Below are positions 48,052-58,735 of a stretch of 64,000 nt of DNA, piece after piece (within the stretch, counting starts at the first letter, position 1; every line of letters begins with the position of its first letter). The notes under the pieces were generated by a model. The model did not search any database, was not told the DNA's origin, and saw only the letters and a program-made list of their open reading frames with translations. Source of the DNA: an uncultured Nitrospiraceae bacterium. GTDB lineage: Bacteria > Nitrospirota > Nitrospiria > Nitrospirales > Nitrospiraceae. The stretch is taken from assembly GCA_963846575.1 (NCBI GenBank), contig CAWJWJ010000002.1:224001-288000 (forward strand), written 5' to 3'. The position numbers and the translations under genes were made by a program.

Positions 48052-49573
48052 TCCCTCCTCTCCCCCGCAAGAACCGCCCACGGTGTGTTTCACGACTCAG
48101 GACCTGACGCTGTTCAGTGCAGCCAGCCACGACACGAATCCTCTGCATGTCTCTCAGGAATACGCGCGGGCCACGCCCTACGGGGAGCCCGTGGTGTTTG
48201 GGGTGCTCGGTGGCTTGGCTGCACTTGGGCATCTTCCGGAACGCGAAGACCAGGTTCTGCACAATCTCTCGCTGGAGTTTCGCAACCCCCTCACCGTCGG
48301 AGTACCGTACCGCCTGGAAGTCAGCGAGCCGATGGCCACGCAGGCACTCGTAAAACTCTACGACGCGGGTCGATTGATGATAAAGGCGACTTTTATCTTT
48401 ATGCCTAGGCCAGCGGGCGTGGATTCATCAATGGTCTCCGCTGTGCCTGGTCCTCTGGAAGCGGCGGATCGGACGAGGGACAGCTTTATTGCGGGGGACC
48501 ACCTGTCCGGCACCTACGGCCCATCCCGTGCTGAGTTGGAACAGGTGGTTGAGCGTTGGGGGCTATCCGCCAAGGGAGCGACATCGGTCCACATTGCAGC
48601 GATGATGTGGGCAAGTTTCATCGTCGGTATGGAGCTTCCTGGGAAACGGGCGATTTTCTGGCGGCTGGTACTCGATTTTGAGCCAGCAGAGGGGCCTCGA
48701 CAGGGGCCGCTCTCCTATGATGTCACGATAGATAATTTCGACGAGCGGTTCGATCTTCTCCACACCACGGGGAATCTTTCATGCGGCACCAGCCCCTGTG
48801 CGACGGCTCGGATGTGGGCCTTCGTGCGAAAGGACTCTCCGCGCTCCTCTCTTCAACAGATTACGGATCTTCTGCCATGCTCCGAACAGCTCAAAGGGAA
48901 GGTTGCGTTGGTGATCGGAGGCAGTCGGGGACTGGGCGCCGCGATCACCCTGGCATTGGTGTCACAGGGCTGTTCCGTGCTGATGAATTTCCGTCACTCC
49001 CGGTCTGAGGCCGAGCGGCTTGTGGCGAGTCTGGCGGGAGCATCCGGCCTCATCGAGCTGGTGCAGGGTGATGCGGCTGATGTTGAATGGTGCCGGGCGG
49101 TCCAGCGGAATATCCTGGACCGGTACGGCAGGCTTGATGTGCTGGTGTGCAACGCCTCACCGCCCATCCGTCCGCTGCCCTTCGTGCCGGAGAAGGCCAT
49201 CCAGTTTCAACAGTTCCTTCTCGACAGCGTCGCGTTGATCAGTCTCCCGATGTCGTGTTTTCTCGATTCATTGTCTGAACGTTCCGGATGGAATGTTGTG
49301 GTATCTTCGGCGTTCGTCAAGGATCTTCCAGAGGACTGGCCGCACTATGTCACTGCCAAATGCGCTGTTGAGGGATTGGTGCAATGGGCCGCGCTGCATT
49401 ACCCCAAGGTTCACGGTCTTCTAGTCAGGCCTCCGAAATTGCTAACCGATCAGACCAATACGACGCTGGGCAGACAGGGGGCCATGCGTGTTGAGCAAGT
49501 GGCCGCTGCCGTAGTCGGGCAGCTCTGTCATGCCGCGTCGTCACAGACGGTGCGGATATTGGAAGATTTTTAA
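48038..49573 (+). CDS. MaoC-like dehydratase fused to an SDR reductase
   Basis: N-terminal hydratase motif SHDTNPLH, second hot-dog-like region, then GGSRGLG, NAS, YVTAK (YxxxK); overlaps the fkbH stop. Confidence 0.85.
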   Translation: MAPADPSSPPQEPPTVCFTTQDLTLFSAASHDTNPLHVSQEYARATPYGEPVVFGVLGGLAALGHLPEREDQVLHNLSLEFRNPLTVGVPYRLEVSEPMATQALVKLYDAGRLMIKATFIFMPRPAGVDSSMVSAVPGPLEAADRTRDSFIAGDHLSGTYGPSRAELEQVVERWGLSAKGATSVHIAAMMWASFIVGMELPGKRAIFWRLVLDFEPAEGPRQGPLSYDVTIDNFDERFDLLHTTGNLSCGTSPCATARMWAFVRKDSPRSSLQQITDLLPCSEQLKGKVALVIGGSRGLGAAITLALVSQGCSVLMNFRHSRSEAERLVASLAGASGLIELVQGDAADVEWCRAVQRNILDRYGRLDVLVCNASPPIRPLPFVPEKAIQFQQFLLDSVALISLPMSCFLDSLSERSGWNVVVSSAFVKDLPEDWPHYVTAKCAVEGLVQWAALHYPKVHGLLVRPPKLLTDQTNTTLGRQGAMRVEQVAAAVVGQLCHAASSQTVRILEDF

Positions 49574-49777
49574 CAAGGAGTACGACTTGGCATCTCGCGG
49601 TCGCTCATGACTGATGCGATGCCAGGTGTGGCGGTTGGGCACAGGGTGTGTCGAGAGGGAAATCACCCGGGGGGGCGTCATCTCTCGAGGTCTTTGCACG
49701 ATATATGGTGGGCGTAGCGGCTTGACCGCATGCTACGACGATCGTACATTCATACCGACGCAGCTAGGAGCATACAC

Positions 49778-50014
49778 ATGGAGTTGCACGAACGACTGGA
49801 AGAGGTGTTTCGCCAAGTGTTCGACAATGAAAACCTCACGCTGACGGATGAGATGATGGCCACGGACATACAAGGCTGGGACTCCGTGGCACACATTAAT
49901 CTCATGTTTGGCATCGAACAGGCATTTCGAGTCCGATTCAAGGGCAACGAACTGGCTGACATGAAGAACATCGGCGAATTGAAGCGGTTCCTGGCCGGCA
50001 ATGGGAAACATTAA
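49778..50014 (+). CDS. Acyl carrier protein
   Basis: 78 aa, acidic, GWDS36 phosphopantetheine site; ATG after AGGAG. Confidence 0.92.
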   Translation: MELHERLEEVFRQVFDNENLTLTDEMMATDIQGWDSVAHINLMFGIEQAFRVRFKGNELADMKNIGELKRFLAGNGKH

Positions 50015-50123
50015 CTGCCGAACTGCGGAGCGTGCAGGGCAGAATCGGATGGTATGTTCCGCCCCTCGATCGCGGCTGCCGTTATTGGGGAGGGCGGAGC
50101 GAACCTTCGCCGATCTAATCTGA

Positions 50124-51401
50124 ATGGGTGACATTGCGATCCACGTTGACAGCTTGCATAAACTCTATCGTCTGGGAGCCATGCATGCTCAGGACGGGTC
50201 CTTGGCCAGCGTGCTCTCGCGTGGACTCCGCCGGTTGACAGGACGGCGGGCCGGCGGCGCCACGGGGGCTACAGAGGCCATCTGGGCCTTGCGCGACGTC
50301 TCCTTCGAGATCAAGCGGGGTGAAGTGTTCGGAGTTATCGGCACCAATGGCTCGGGGAAAAGTACGCTCCTTAAAATCCTCTCCCGGGTGACGGAACCCA
50401 CGAAGGGGCGGGCGGTCATCCATGGGCGCTTTTGCGGCCTCCTGGAAGTGGGGACGGGGTTCCATCCGGAATTGACCGGCCGCGATAACGTGTACATGAG
50501 CGGCGCCATTTTGGGGATGAAACGGCAGGAAATTACCAGGAAATTCGACGAGATCGTGGCCTTTGCCGAAGTGGAACAGTTTATCGATACGCCGGTGAAA
50601 CACTATTCCAGCGGGATGTATGTCCGACTGGGGTTTTCGGTCCTGGCCCATATGGATCCGGACATTCTCATCGTCGATGAGGTGTTGGCGGTGGGAGACG
50701 TGCGCTTTCAAAAAAAGTGTATGGGCAAGATGGAGGATGTGGGACAGCATGGGCGGACGGTGATCCTTGTGTCTCACGACATGCCGGCGATTACCCGGAT
50801 GTGCAAACGGGCGATTCTGCTCAACAAGGGGGAGATCGTGCAGGCGGGGGCGGCGCACGATGTCGTTCGGCACTATCTCCAGGCGGGTCATATCCAGCCC
50901 TCTGTCGGATGGCCGGATCTCACCCAAGCACCGGGGAATGAGGTCGTGCGCTTGCGGGCCGTACGGGTTCAGACCGAATCCGGATCGGTTATGGATCGAT
51001 TTGACATCCGACGGCCGATCGAACTCGAGGTAGAGTTCGATGTTATAAAACCCGGACATGTCTTCGTCCCGGTGTTTAATCTGCATAGCGAGGAAGATCA
51101 GGTTATCTTCATCGCGCATGATCGCGATCCGGCATGGCAACGCACTCCACGCCCCATGGGTCGGTATGTGTCTTCTGCTTGTGTGCCGGGAAACCTGCTC
51201 GCTGAAGGCATCGTGACAGTCGCAGCCCTCATAATGACCGAGAGTCCGTTTCGGATGCATGCCCACGTTCCGCGCGTGATTGGCTTCCGGGTGGATGATC
51301 CCGGCGTGGGAGACTCGGCACGCGGGGACTTCCACGGTCGATGGCCTGGGGTCGTGCGCCCCTTATTGAAGTGGCGGACAAGGTTCTCGCCCGCGGATTA
51401 A
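50124..51401 (+). CDS. wzt: Polysaccharide ABC exporter ATP-binding subunit with C-terminal Wzt_C-like domain
   Basis: GTNGSGKST, GFHPELTGRDN, YSSGMYVRL, VDEVLAVGD..FQKKC, beta-rich C-terminal domain. Confidence 0.9.
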   Translation: MGDIAIHVDSLHKLYRLGAMHAQDGSLASVLSRGLRRLTGRRAGGATGATEAIWALRDVSFEIKRGEVFGVIGTNGSGKSTLLKILSRVTEPTKGRAVIHGRFCGLLEVGTGFHPELTGRDNVYMSGAILGMKRQEITRKFDEIVAFAEVEQFIDTPVKHYSSGMYVRLGFSVLAHMDPDILIVDEVLAVGDVRFQKKCMGKMEDVGQHGRTVILVSHDMPAITRMCKRAILLNKGEIVQAGAAHDVVRHYLQAGHIQPSVGWPDLTQAPGNEVVRLRAVRVQTESGSVMDRFDIRRPIELEVEFDVIKPGHVFVPVFNLHSEEDQVIFIAHDRDPAWQRTPRPMGRYVSSACVPGNLLAEGIVTVAALIMTESPFRMHAHVPRVIGFRVDDPGVGDSARGDFHGRWPGVVRPLLKWRTRFSPAD

Positions 51402-51580
51402 CCCCGATCGCCCACGTTCTATAACCGCTTCTACTTCTGATCCTATTCATCCGTGCGACCGCCCCGGATTGACAGGGTGTAGATTTTTGGCTAGGGTCCG
51501 CCCGCCGTGGACTGCAGCCGACAGGTCATGAGGGTGGGTTCGGTGCTGATTCACGGGGTTTCAAGTGGCAGGAGGCCGAT

Positions 51581-51979
51581 ATGGAACGAGGGTGCGTCCG
51601 ATTAGCCGGGGCGGGCCTGGTCATCGTGTTTCTGAACGGTTGCACGACGGTGGCGCAGGTGACGACATTGGCTGAAGAGACTTGTCATCACAAGGTGCGG
51701 GACCAGCTAGAATCAATCCTCACTGAGGAGAATGAAAAACCTGACATCGCCAATCGGCTCGCGGTGAATACGACCACGGTCCTCGCGACCGGTGCGCTCG
51801 GTCCTCGTCCATTCGGGATCTCGTCGCCGTCAGGGGCCGACTATAGTTTCTTTATCCAGCGTAGGGGCGGCGAATGTTGGCTGCGGCTCTATGGCCGGCA
51901 GAAGGGATTTACCCGTTATACGAACAACCTCACCCATATCGCCACACGTTCACTGGAAGGCTGCGCCTGTGCCGAATGA
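51581..51979 (+). CDS. Lipoprotein of unknown function
   Basis: Lipobox LNGC; SD AGGAGG; upstream TTGACA-N17-TAGGGT (51469-51497). Confidence 0.75.
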   Translation: MERGCVRLAGAGLVIVFLNGCTTVAQVTTLAEETCHHKVRDQLESILTEENEKPDIANRLAVNTTTVLATGALGPRPFGISSPSGADYSFFIQRRGGECWLRLYGRQKGFTRYTNNLTHIATRSLEGCACAE

Positions 51980-52277
51980 GTCCGTTATGGATGGCGGATC
52001 CGCCCCGCGAGGGTGACTGTGATGTCGATTCAGATTCCGGTCCTGATTTTTGTGTGCACGACGGGGATGCGAGGGGCTTTCCTGGCCTGATCGTGCGTGA
52101 GCGGGCAGGGTCTTGAAACAGACTGACACCGTCGACACAGCCTCATCCAACTAAAAATCTGCGCTGTGCTCTGCCAGCGAGAGGAGATAGCCCTCTCCTC
52201 GCGTGCGCGTCAGATCTTTCCTTCGAGGAAGGGGGCTGACGATCATATTTCGCAGGATGGACTGACGACGACGTGAA

Positions 52278-52514
52278 TTAACGTCCGGGAACGGGGTGAG
52301 GCAGATCCTTGGCGCCTAAGGTCTGACGCCACTCAGCGGTGATCTCGTCGCGTTCTTCCATGGTCATGCCCGCGTATTTACGGAACATCTGAGGCCCTCG
52401 TCGGCGGCGCCACGTGAGAAAGCTGAGAAAGTGGTCTTTACAGACAGATTGGGTCCCGGCCGGCGCATAGACCCTCCCTTGACATCCTTCGATTAAACAG
52501 ATCTGTCCGCTCAT
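52278..52514 (-). CDS. 78-aa protein with a C-x4-C-x13-C-x2-H putative zinc finger
   Basis: MSGQICLIEGCQGRVYAPAGTQSVCKDH...; strong SD AGGGAGG. Confidence 0.7.
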   Translation of the reverse strand: MSGQICLIEGCQGRVYAPAGTQSVCKDHFLSFLTWRRRRGPQMFRKYAGMTMEERDEITAEWRQTLGAKDLPHPVPGR

Positions 52515-52756
52515 CGGTGCCTCCCTTGAATTTGGCAAAGTATGCAGGAGATCGCGTTGCAAATGCAATGTCAGTCCAGCCGCGTGAGGCCGGAAGCCGG
52601 ACGCTCGGGCTTGCGACAGGCGCGGGGTTGAGCGGTCACACAGTTCGCGGGGAGACGCTCCTCGTGAGTCTGACGGAGGGAAATTCCGCTTGCAATCGCA
52701 ACGAGCGGCCAGGTACCGTACCGCGTTCCCCCGCATAGTTTAGGATCACGTGTGGC

Positions 52757-53011
52757 ATGGCGATGCAGGTCATTTCGGTGGTCGGAGCTCTGATGGTGCT
52801 TATCGCCTATGGCCTGATCCAAGCCGGAACCTGGCGTGAGTTGGACGCGGGATATCTGGCGCTGAACATCATCGGTTCACTACTCTTGGGAATCGTCGCC
52901 ATAGAAGACCGACGCGTGGGATTCGTCCTGCTGGAATTCGCCTGGGCCGGGATTGCAATGATCGGAGTCGCGCGGGCTGTTCGAGCCAGACGCGTTGCAC
53001 GTGGCCTGTAA
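52757..53011 (+). CDS. Small 3-TM membrane protein (CBU_0592-like)
   Basis: GALMVLIAY, YLALNIIGS, FVLLEFAW pattern. Confidence 0.75.
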   Translation: MAMQVISVVGALMVLIAYGLIQAGTWRELDAGYLALNIIGSLLLGIVAIEDRRVGFVLLEFAWAGIAMIGVARAVRARRVARGL

Positions 53012-53073
53012 CGGGTGACCGCAGGATACACAACAGACATCGGATAGTCTTGTAACGAAGGAGTAAAGGAACT

Positions 53074-53556
53074 ATGGCAGGGTTATTGTCGGCAGATGAC
53101 ATATTCGAGCAGGCCAGAAACGCAGCCGCTGCGGCCACGAATCAGGACGAGAAGCCGCTTCAGATCGACTATGAGGCGTTACAACTCAAATTTCGCGCGG
53201 CCCTCGGCGATCGCAAGGTGGCGCGATGCCACATCAACAAGTTTCTGCCGGAAGGATACGAAGACCAGGGGCGCTTCAATCTCATGATCCTGACCGTCGG
53301 CAACGTCATCTTTGATATCGTAATCGGAGATTCGTATTTCCGCTACGACGTGGTATCCGTTGGGCAGTTGGATAAAGTCCAGGTCATCGATGCGATGTGG
53401 GACAATCGTGAGAAACGCCAGGAGGAGCCGTTCCTGAGCCTCCGGCTGATGCACGCTGAGGAAACCCATTTGTTGCTGGCATTGGGCGACAACGAGCGGA
53501 AGAGCCTGCTGGACTTCGCATCGGCCGTGTCCGCCGTGCGAAACCCCGAAAAGTAA
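53074..53556 (+). CDS. Hypothetical protein
   Basis: 160-aa ORF with SD and natural-looking composition; no family recognised. Confidence 0.72.
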   Translation: MAGLLSADDIFEQARNAAAAATNQDEKPLQIDYEALQLKFRAALGDRKVARCHINKFLPEGYEDQGRFNLMILTVGNVIFDIVIGDSYFRYDVVSVGQLDKVQVIDAMWDNREKRQEEPFLSLRLMHAEETHLLLALGDNERKSLLDFASAVSAVRNPEK

Positions 53557-53562
53557 CTGGGG

Positions 53563-54654
53563 TCAGGCGCGGACGTAGAACGGGAGGGCATGGACGGTCG
53601 CCGAATGGCGCGTCCCTGCCACTTCCACGGTCAGATTCGTATCGGGCGCTGAAAAATCCCGCAGTGGAAATCCGAATGCGAGTACGGCGTTGCGTTGCGG
53701 GGAAAAGGCCGCGCTGCTGATCCAACCCACCTCACGCTCACCGCTGAACAGCTTGGACCCTTTGGGCGGGACCGTCTTGTCCTGAAGGATCAATCCGACC
53801 AGGTGTCGGCGAACGTTCCCATAGGTATCCATTCTGGCCACGACCTCCTGTCCCGGATAGCAGCCCTTGGACAAGCTGAAGGCCTTTCCTTCCAGATTGG
53901 CTTCCGGCGGGACGATCTCCTCATTCAGGTCAGGGCCTGTCTTGGGCAGGCCGGCTTCGATCCTCAGGGCTTCCCTGGCCTGGGCACCTACCGGCTTGAG
54001 GCCGAAGGTTGAACCGGCGGACATCAACTGCTCCCATGCGGCCGTAAGGCCTTCACTAGGGATGAGCACTTCAAAATCTTGCTCACCCGTTTCTTCGGTG
54101 CGGATGAGCCAGGCCGGCTGTCCGCCGATGGTGCATGACAACATATGCAGGAGATCCAGCGAACGCACGTCCGTGCCGAAGGCCGCCGTCACCACCTCAG
54201 CCGATCTCGGGCCGCTCACCACCAGCAATCCCCAACTGTCCGTGCAATTTTCCATCTTGGCTTTGGTGCCGTAGAGCAGAAACTTCCGCAACGCGTGGAA
54301 CGTGGTGTCCCCTACTTCGCCCACATCTTCTATCCAGACGGCATCCGATTGGACATAGACCCGGAAGTAGCCGAGCATCTTCCCCTTATGGGTGAGAAAG
54401 CTGGAGTAGCGTCCCTGTCCGGCTTGGAGCGGGAGAAGGTCGTTGCTGATGATGCTCTGCAGCCACTTGATCCGGTCATCGCCCGTCACCCGGATCTTCC
54501 CCCGGTGAGACAGATCGGAGAGGCCGGCCGCCTGGCGAACGGCCGCATGTTCCACCGTGACCTGATCGTAGTGCGCCGGGACGGACGAACCCGATATCTC
54601 TTCAAAGGTAGCGCCGAGCTGCACATGCAGATTGTGAAGAGGAGATTCTTTCAT
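53563..54654 (-). CDS. ygfZ: YgfZ/GcvT-family folate-binding protein
   Basis: DLSHRGKI, LRIEAG and YgfZ signature KGCYPGQE; ATG 54654. Confidence 0.85.
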   Translation of the reverse strand: MKESPLHNLHVQLGATFEEISGSSVPAHYDQVTVEHAAVRQAAGLSDLSHRGKIRVTGDDRIKWLQSIISNDLLPLQAGQGRYSSFLTHKGKMLGYFRVYVQSDAVWIEDVGEVGDTTFHALRKFLLYGTKAKMENCTDSWGLLVVSGPRSAEVVTAAFGTDVRSLDLLHMLSCTIGGQPAWLIRTEETGEQDFEVLIPSEGLTAAWEQLMSAGSTFGLKPVGAQAREALRIEAGLPKTGPDLNEEIVPPEANLEGKAFSLSKGCYPGQEVVARMDTYGNVRRHLVGLILQDKTVPPKGSKLFSGEREVGWISSAAFSPQRNAVLAFGFPLRDFSAPDTNLTVEVAGTRHSATVHALPFYVRA

Positions 54655-54688
54655 GCTGGGATGCGCGCTTTCTCTCTGGTGATCAGCG

Positions 54689-55072
54689 TCACGGCTGTGC
54701 AGACGGCTGATGGTGAATAAGGTCTTCAACGAGATCTTTGGTGCGCGAGGAAAACTCGTTCCGGGATACCACCTTCGTGACCCCGAGTTCCTTGGCGCGT
54801 TTCCATGTGTCCACTTCCTCGTGATTGGCGAAGGCGAGGATAGGAAATCGAAGGGCGGCATCGGCCTGAAGGGATTCGAGCGCTTTGAAGGCATCGATGC
54901 CCAGGTCGTTCATATTGATGATCATGGCTGCGGGCGTGGCCGACCCGGCTTTCTGCAGCACGTCTTCCTGATTGCGGATCCGCTCCAGCGTATAGCCCTG
55001 CGGTCGTAAGGCGTCACGCACCTTCGTGTAGAAAAATATGTCGGTGACCGCCACTAAGATGGTGGTGCTCAT
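54689..55072 (-). CDS. Receiver-like (pseudo-receiver) protein
   Basis: Alpha/beta CheY-like pattern ILVAVTD, MIINMND, ILAF, AKELGVTKVV; Asn at the phospho-Asp position. Confidence 0.65.
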   Translation of the reverse strand: MSTTILVAVTDIFFYTKVRDALRPQGYTLERIRNQEDVLQKAGSATPAAMIINMNDLGIDAFKALESLQADAALRFPILAFANHEEVDTWKRAKELGVTKVVSRNEFSSRTKDLVEDLIHHQPSAQP

Positions 55073-55085
55073 AGGGCTGATGCTC

Positions 55086-55601
55086 CTAATTGAGAGAGCT
55101 GACGAGACGCCCGAGGGCCTTTTTTGCCAGGGTGTAATCGGGATTGAGGGCGAGGGCCTGCTTGTAACAGTCGATGGCCTCGCTCCACTTGCCCTGGCGC
55201 TCGTACACGCGGCCGAGGTTCAGATGGGGAAAGGCGGGACTCTCATACCGCCTGGCCTGCATGGCCTTTTGAAACCAGGGTATGGCCTCGTCCAGATCAC
55301 CTTTTTCGATCAGATAGGCCCCGATGTCGTTATAGGGGTTCCCGAAGTCCGGATCACAGGAGATCGCCTTGTGGCACTCATCGATCGCCTCGTCCAGCTT
55401 GCCCATGAAACTATAGGTCCATCCGAGGAACGTGTAAGCTTCCGCCGTACGGTGCGTCGCCAGGGACAGTTTGTAGAGGCTGACGGCTTCCTCCAGTTGC
55501 CCCTTCATTTGCTGCTCGTAGGCTTGCTGAAAGAGCTGCCAGGCTTCGCGCTTATCGGCCTCGCTGCCGTCGCCCTGTACGAGAAAGTCCTGTACATCCA
55601 T
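55086..55601 (-). CDS. Tetratricopeptide-repeat protein
   Basis: About four TPRs (AYTFLG..Y..MGKLDEAI; PYNDIG; PHLNLG). Confidence 0.9.
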   Translation of the reverse strand: MDVQDFLVQGDGSEADKREAWQLFQQAYEQQMKGQLEEAVSLYKLSLATHRTAEAYTFLGWTYSFMGKLDEAIDECHKAISCDPDFGNPYNDIGAYLIEKGDLDEAIPWFQKAMQARRYESPAFPHLNLGRVYERQGKWSEAIDCYKQALALNPDYTLAKKALGRLVSSLN

Positions 55602-55625
55602 GGTCCGTCTCTTTTCTCTCTCGAG

Positions 55626-56426
55626 CTATCGCGTCGCCAGTTTCTTCTGAATCAACTCCGCACCATAACGTCCGGACAGGAGCATCGAGCCGAAGGCCGG
55701 TCCCATGCGTGGGGTGCCGAAAACCGCCGCAACAGCCAATCCGATGACAAAGCAGTTCGCGTAGACTTCCCCGGTCCGGTCCATGACCTCTTCTTCCGAG
55801 CGAGACACCCACATGGCGCCATTACCAGGCACGGATTGATACAGATTGCGTTTGTTCAAAAGATTGACCACGACCGCGTCATGTCCGGTCGCATCCACGA
55901 CGATTTTACTCTCCAGCGCGATGGGATCAACATGAATAATATCGTGGCCGGCCATTTCAGCCGTCGTGCTATTCACGACCACCCCCTCGAGCACGGCATC
56001 CCGCCGCAAGATCAAATCGACCACACGTGTCAGGTTCATAATCTTCGCACCGGCGCTGTAGGCGGCGGCAATTAACGCGCCCGTGGCATGGGGAGGGTCG
56101 ACCATGTACATGCCGGGACATTCCTTGATCTGCTTGCAGGGCACACCTACTTCTTTCAGGATCTTGTGCGCGGGGGCGCAAATGGTGGCCTTGTTCATCA
56201 AGTACCCGCCGGACCAGAACCCTCCGCCCAAGGCCAGGCTTTGTTCGACGATGAGCGTCTTGACACCCATCCTGGCCAGGTCGTGAGCGCAGATCAACCC
56301 CGACGGACCGGCGCCGACGATGATGACGTCGCTCTCGATGAGCTGGTCGAATTCCTTATAATATTCCCGCGCGATATGACGGGTGATGTCGCGCTCGCGT
56401 AACGGCGCCGGTTTTGGCTTGCCCAT
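55626..56426 (-). CDS. thi4: Sulfide-dependent (non-Cys) thiazole synthase, Thi4 family
   Basis: GAGPSGL, GGGFWSGG, HVDP (His at the sacrificial-Cys position), DATGHD, RMGPAFGSMLLSG; ATG 56426. Confidence 0.93.
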   Translation of the reverse strand: MGKPKPAPLRERDITRHIAREYYKEFDQLIESDVIIVGAGPSGLICAHDLARMGVKTLIVEQSLALGGGFWSGGYLMNKATICAPAHKILKEVGVPCKQIKECPGMYMVDPPHATGALIAAAYSAGAKIMNLTRVVDLILRRDAVLEGVVVNSTTAEMAGHDIIHVDPIALESKIVVDATGHDAVVVNLLNKRNLYQSVPGNGAMWVSRSEEEVMDRTGEVYANCFVIGLAVAAVFGTPRMGPAFGSMLLSGRYGAELIQKKLATR

Positions 56427-56557
56427 GCAGTCTTCTCCCTCGTCGGCAGTCGATCGTGGCTCCCAGCCTCCTGCTGAGCTCTGCCAAAGCCTCAGCGTCT
56501 CCCGGGGTTGCGCTGAATCTTGGAATTGCCCGGCCCTGGGTGGCCTCTTGACCAGCC

Positions 56558-58561
<2,004 letters not shown>

Positions 58562-58582
58562 TCACGAAGCCAGTAGATCGGT

Positions 58583-58666
58583 CGCTTCCCTACGCTGGTA
58601 TTACCCAGGTCAGGTTGTGAGGGTCGCCCGATCGCTCGGACTCTCAGCCGGATGGCACCCCTAGCT
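58583..58666 (-). ncRNA. TPP riboswitch
   Basis: Minus strand CTAGGGGTGC...GCTGAGA...ACCC...AACCTGACCTGGGTAATACCAGCGTAGGGAAG, upstream of thiC. Confidence 0.96.
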
Positions 58667-58676
58667 GTCGCAGGTG

Positions 58677-58705
58677 ATCGTACTCACCTGTCGGCACGAA
58701 GTCAA
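58677..58705 (-). promoter_or_regulatory. Sigma70 promoter of the thiC leader
   Basis: TTGACT-N17-TACGAT about 10 nt upstream of the aptamer. Confidence 0.7.
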
Positions 58706-58735
58706 TCTTCTGGAAGGCCTAGAGGCCGAGGGCCT

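Noticed and set aside
49708..49722. ops/JUMPstart-like GGGCGTAGCG before the ACP gene
   Set aside because: Does not match GGCGGTAG; too short to support
50115..51335. 406-aa minus-strand ORF
   Set aside because: Antisense shadow of wzt, typical of GC-rich coding DNA
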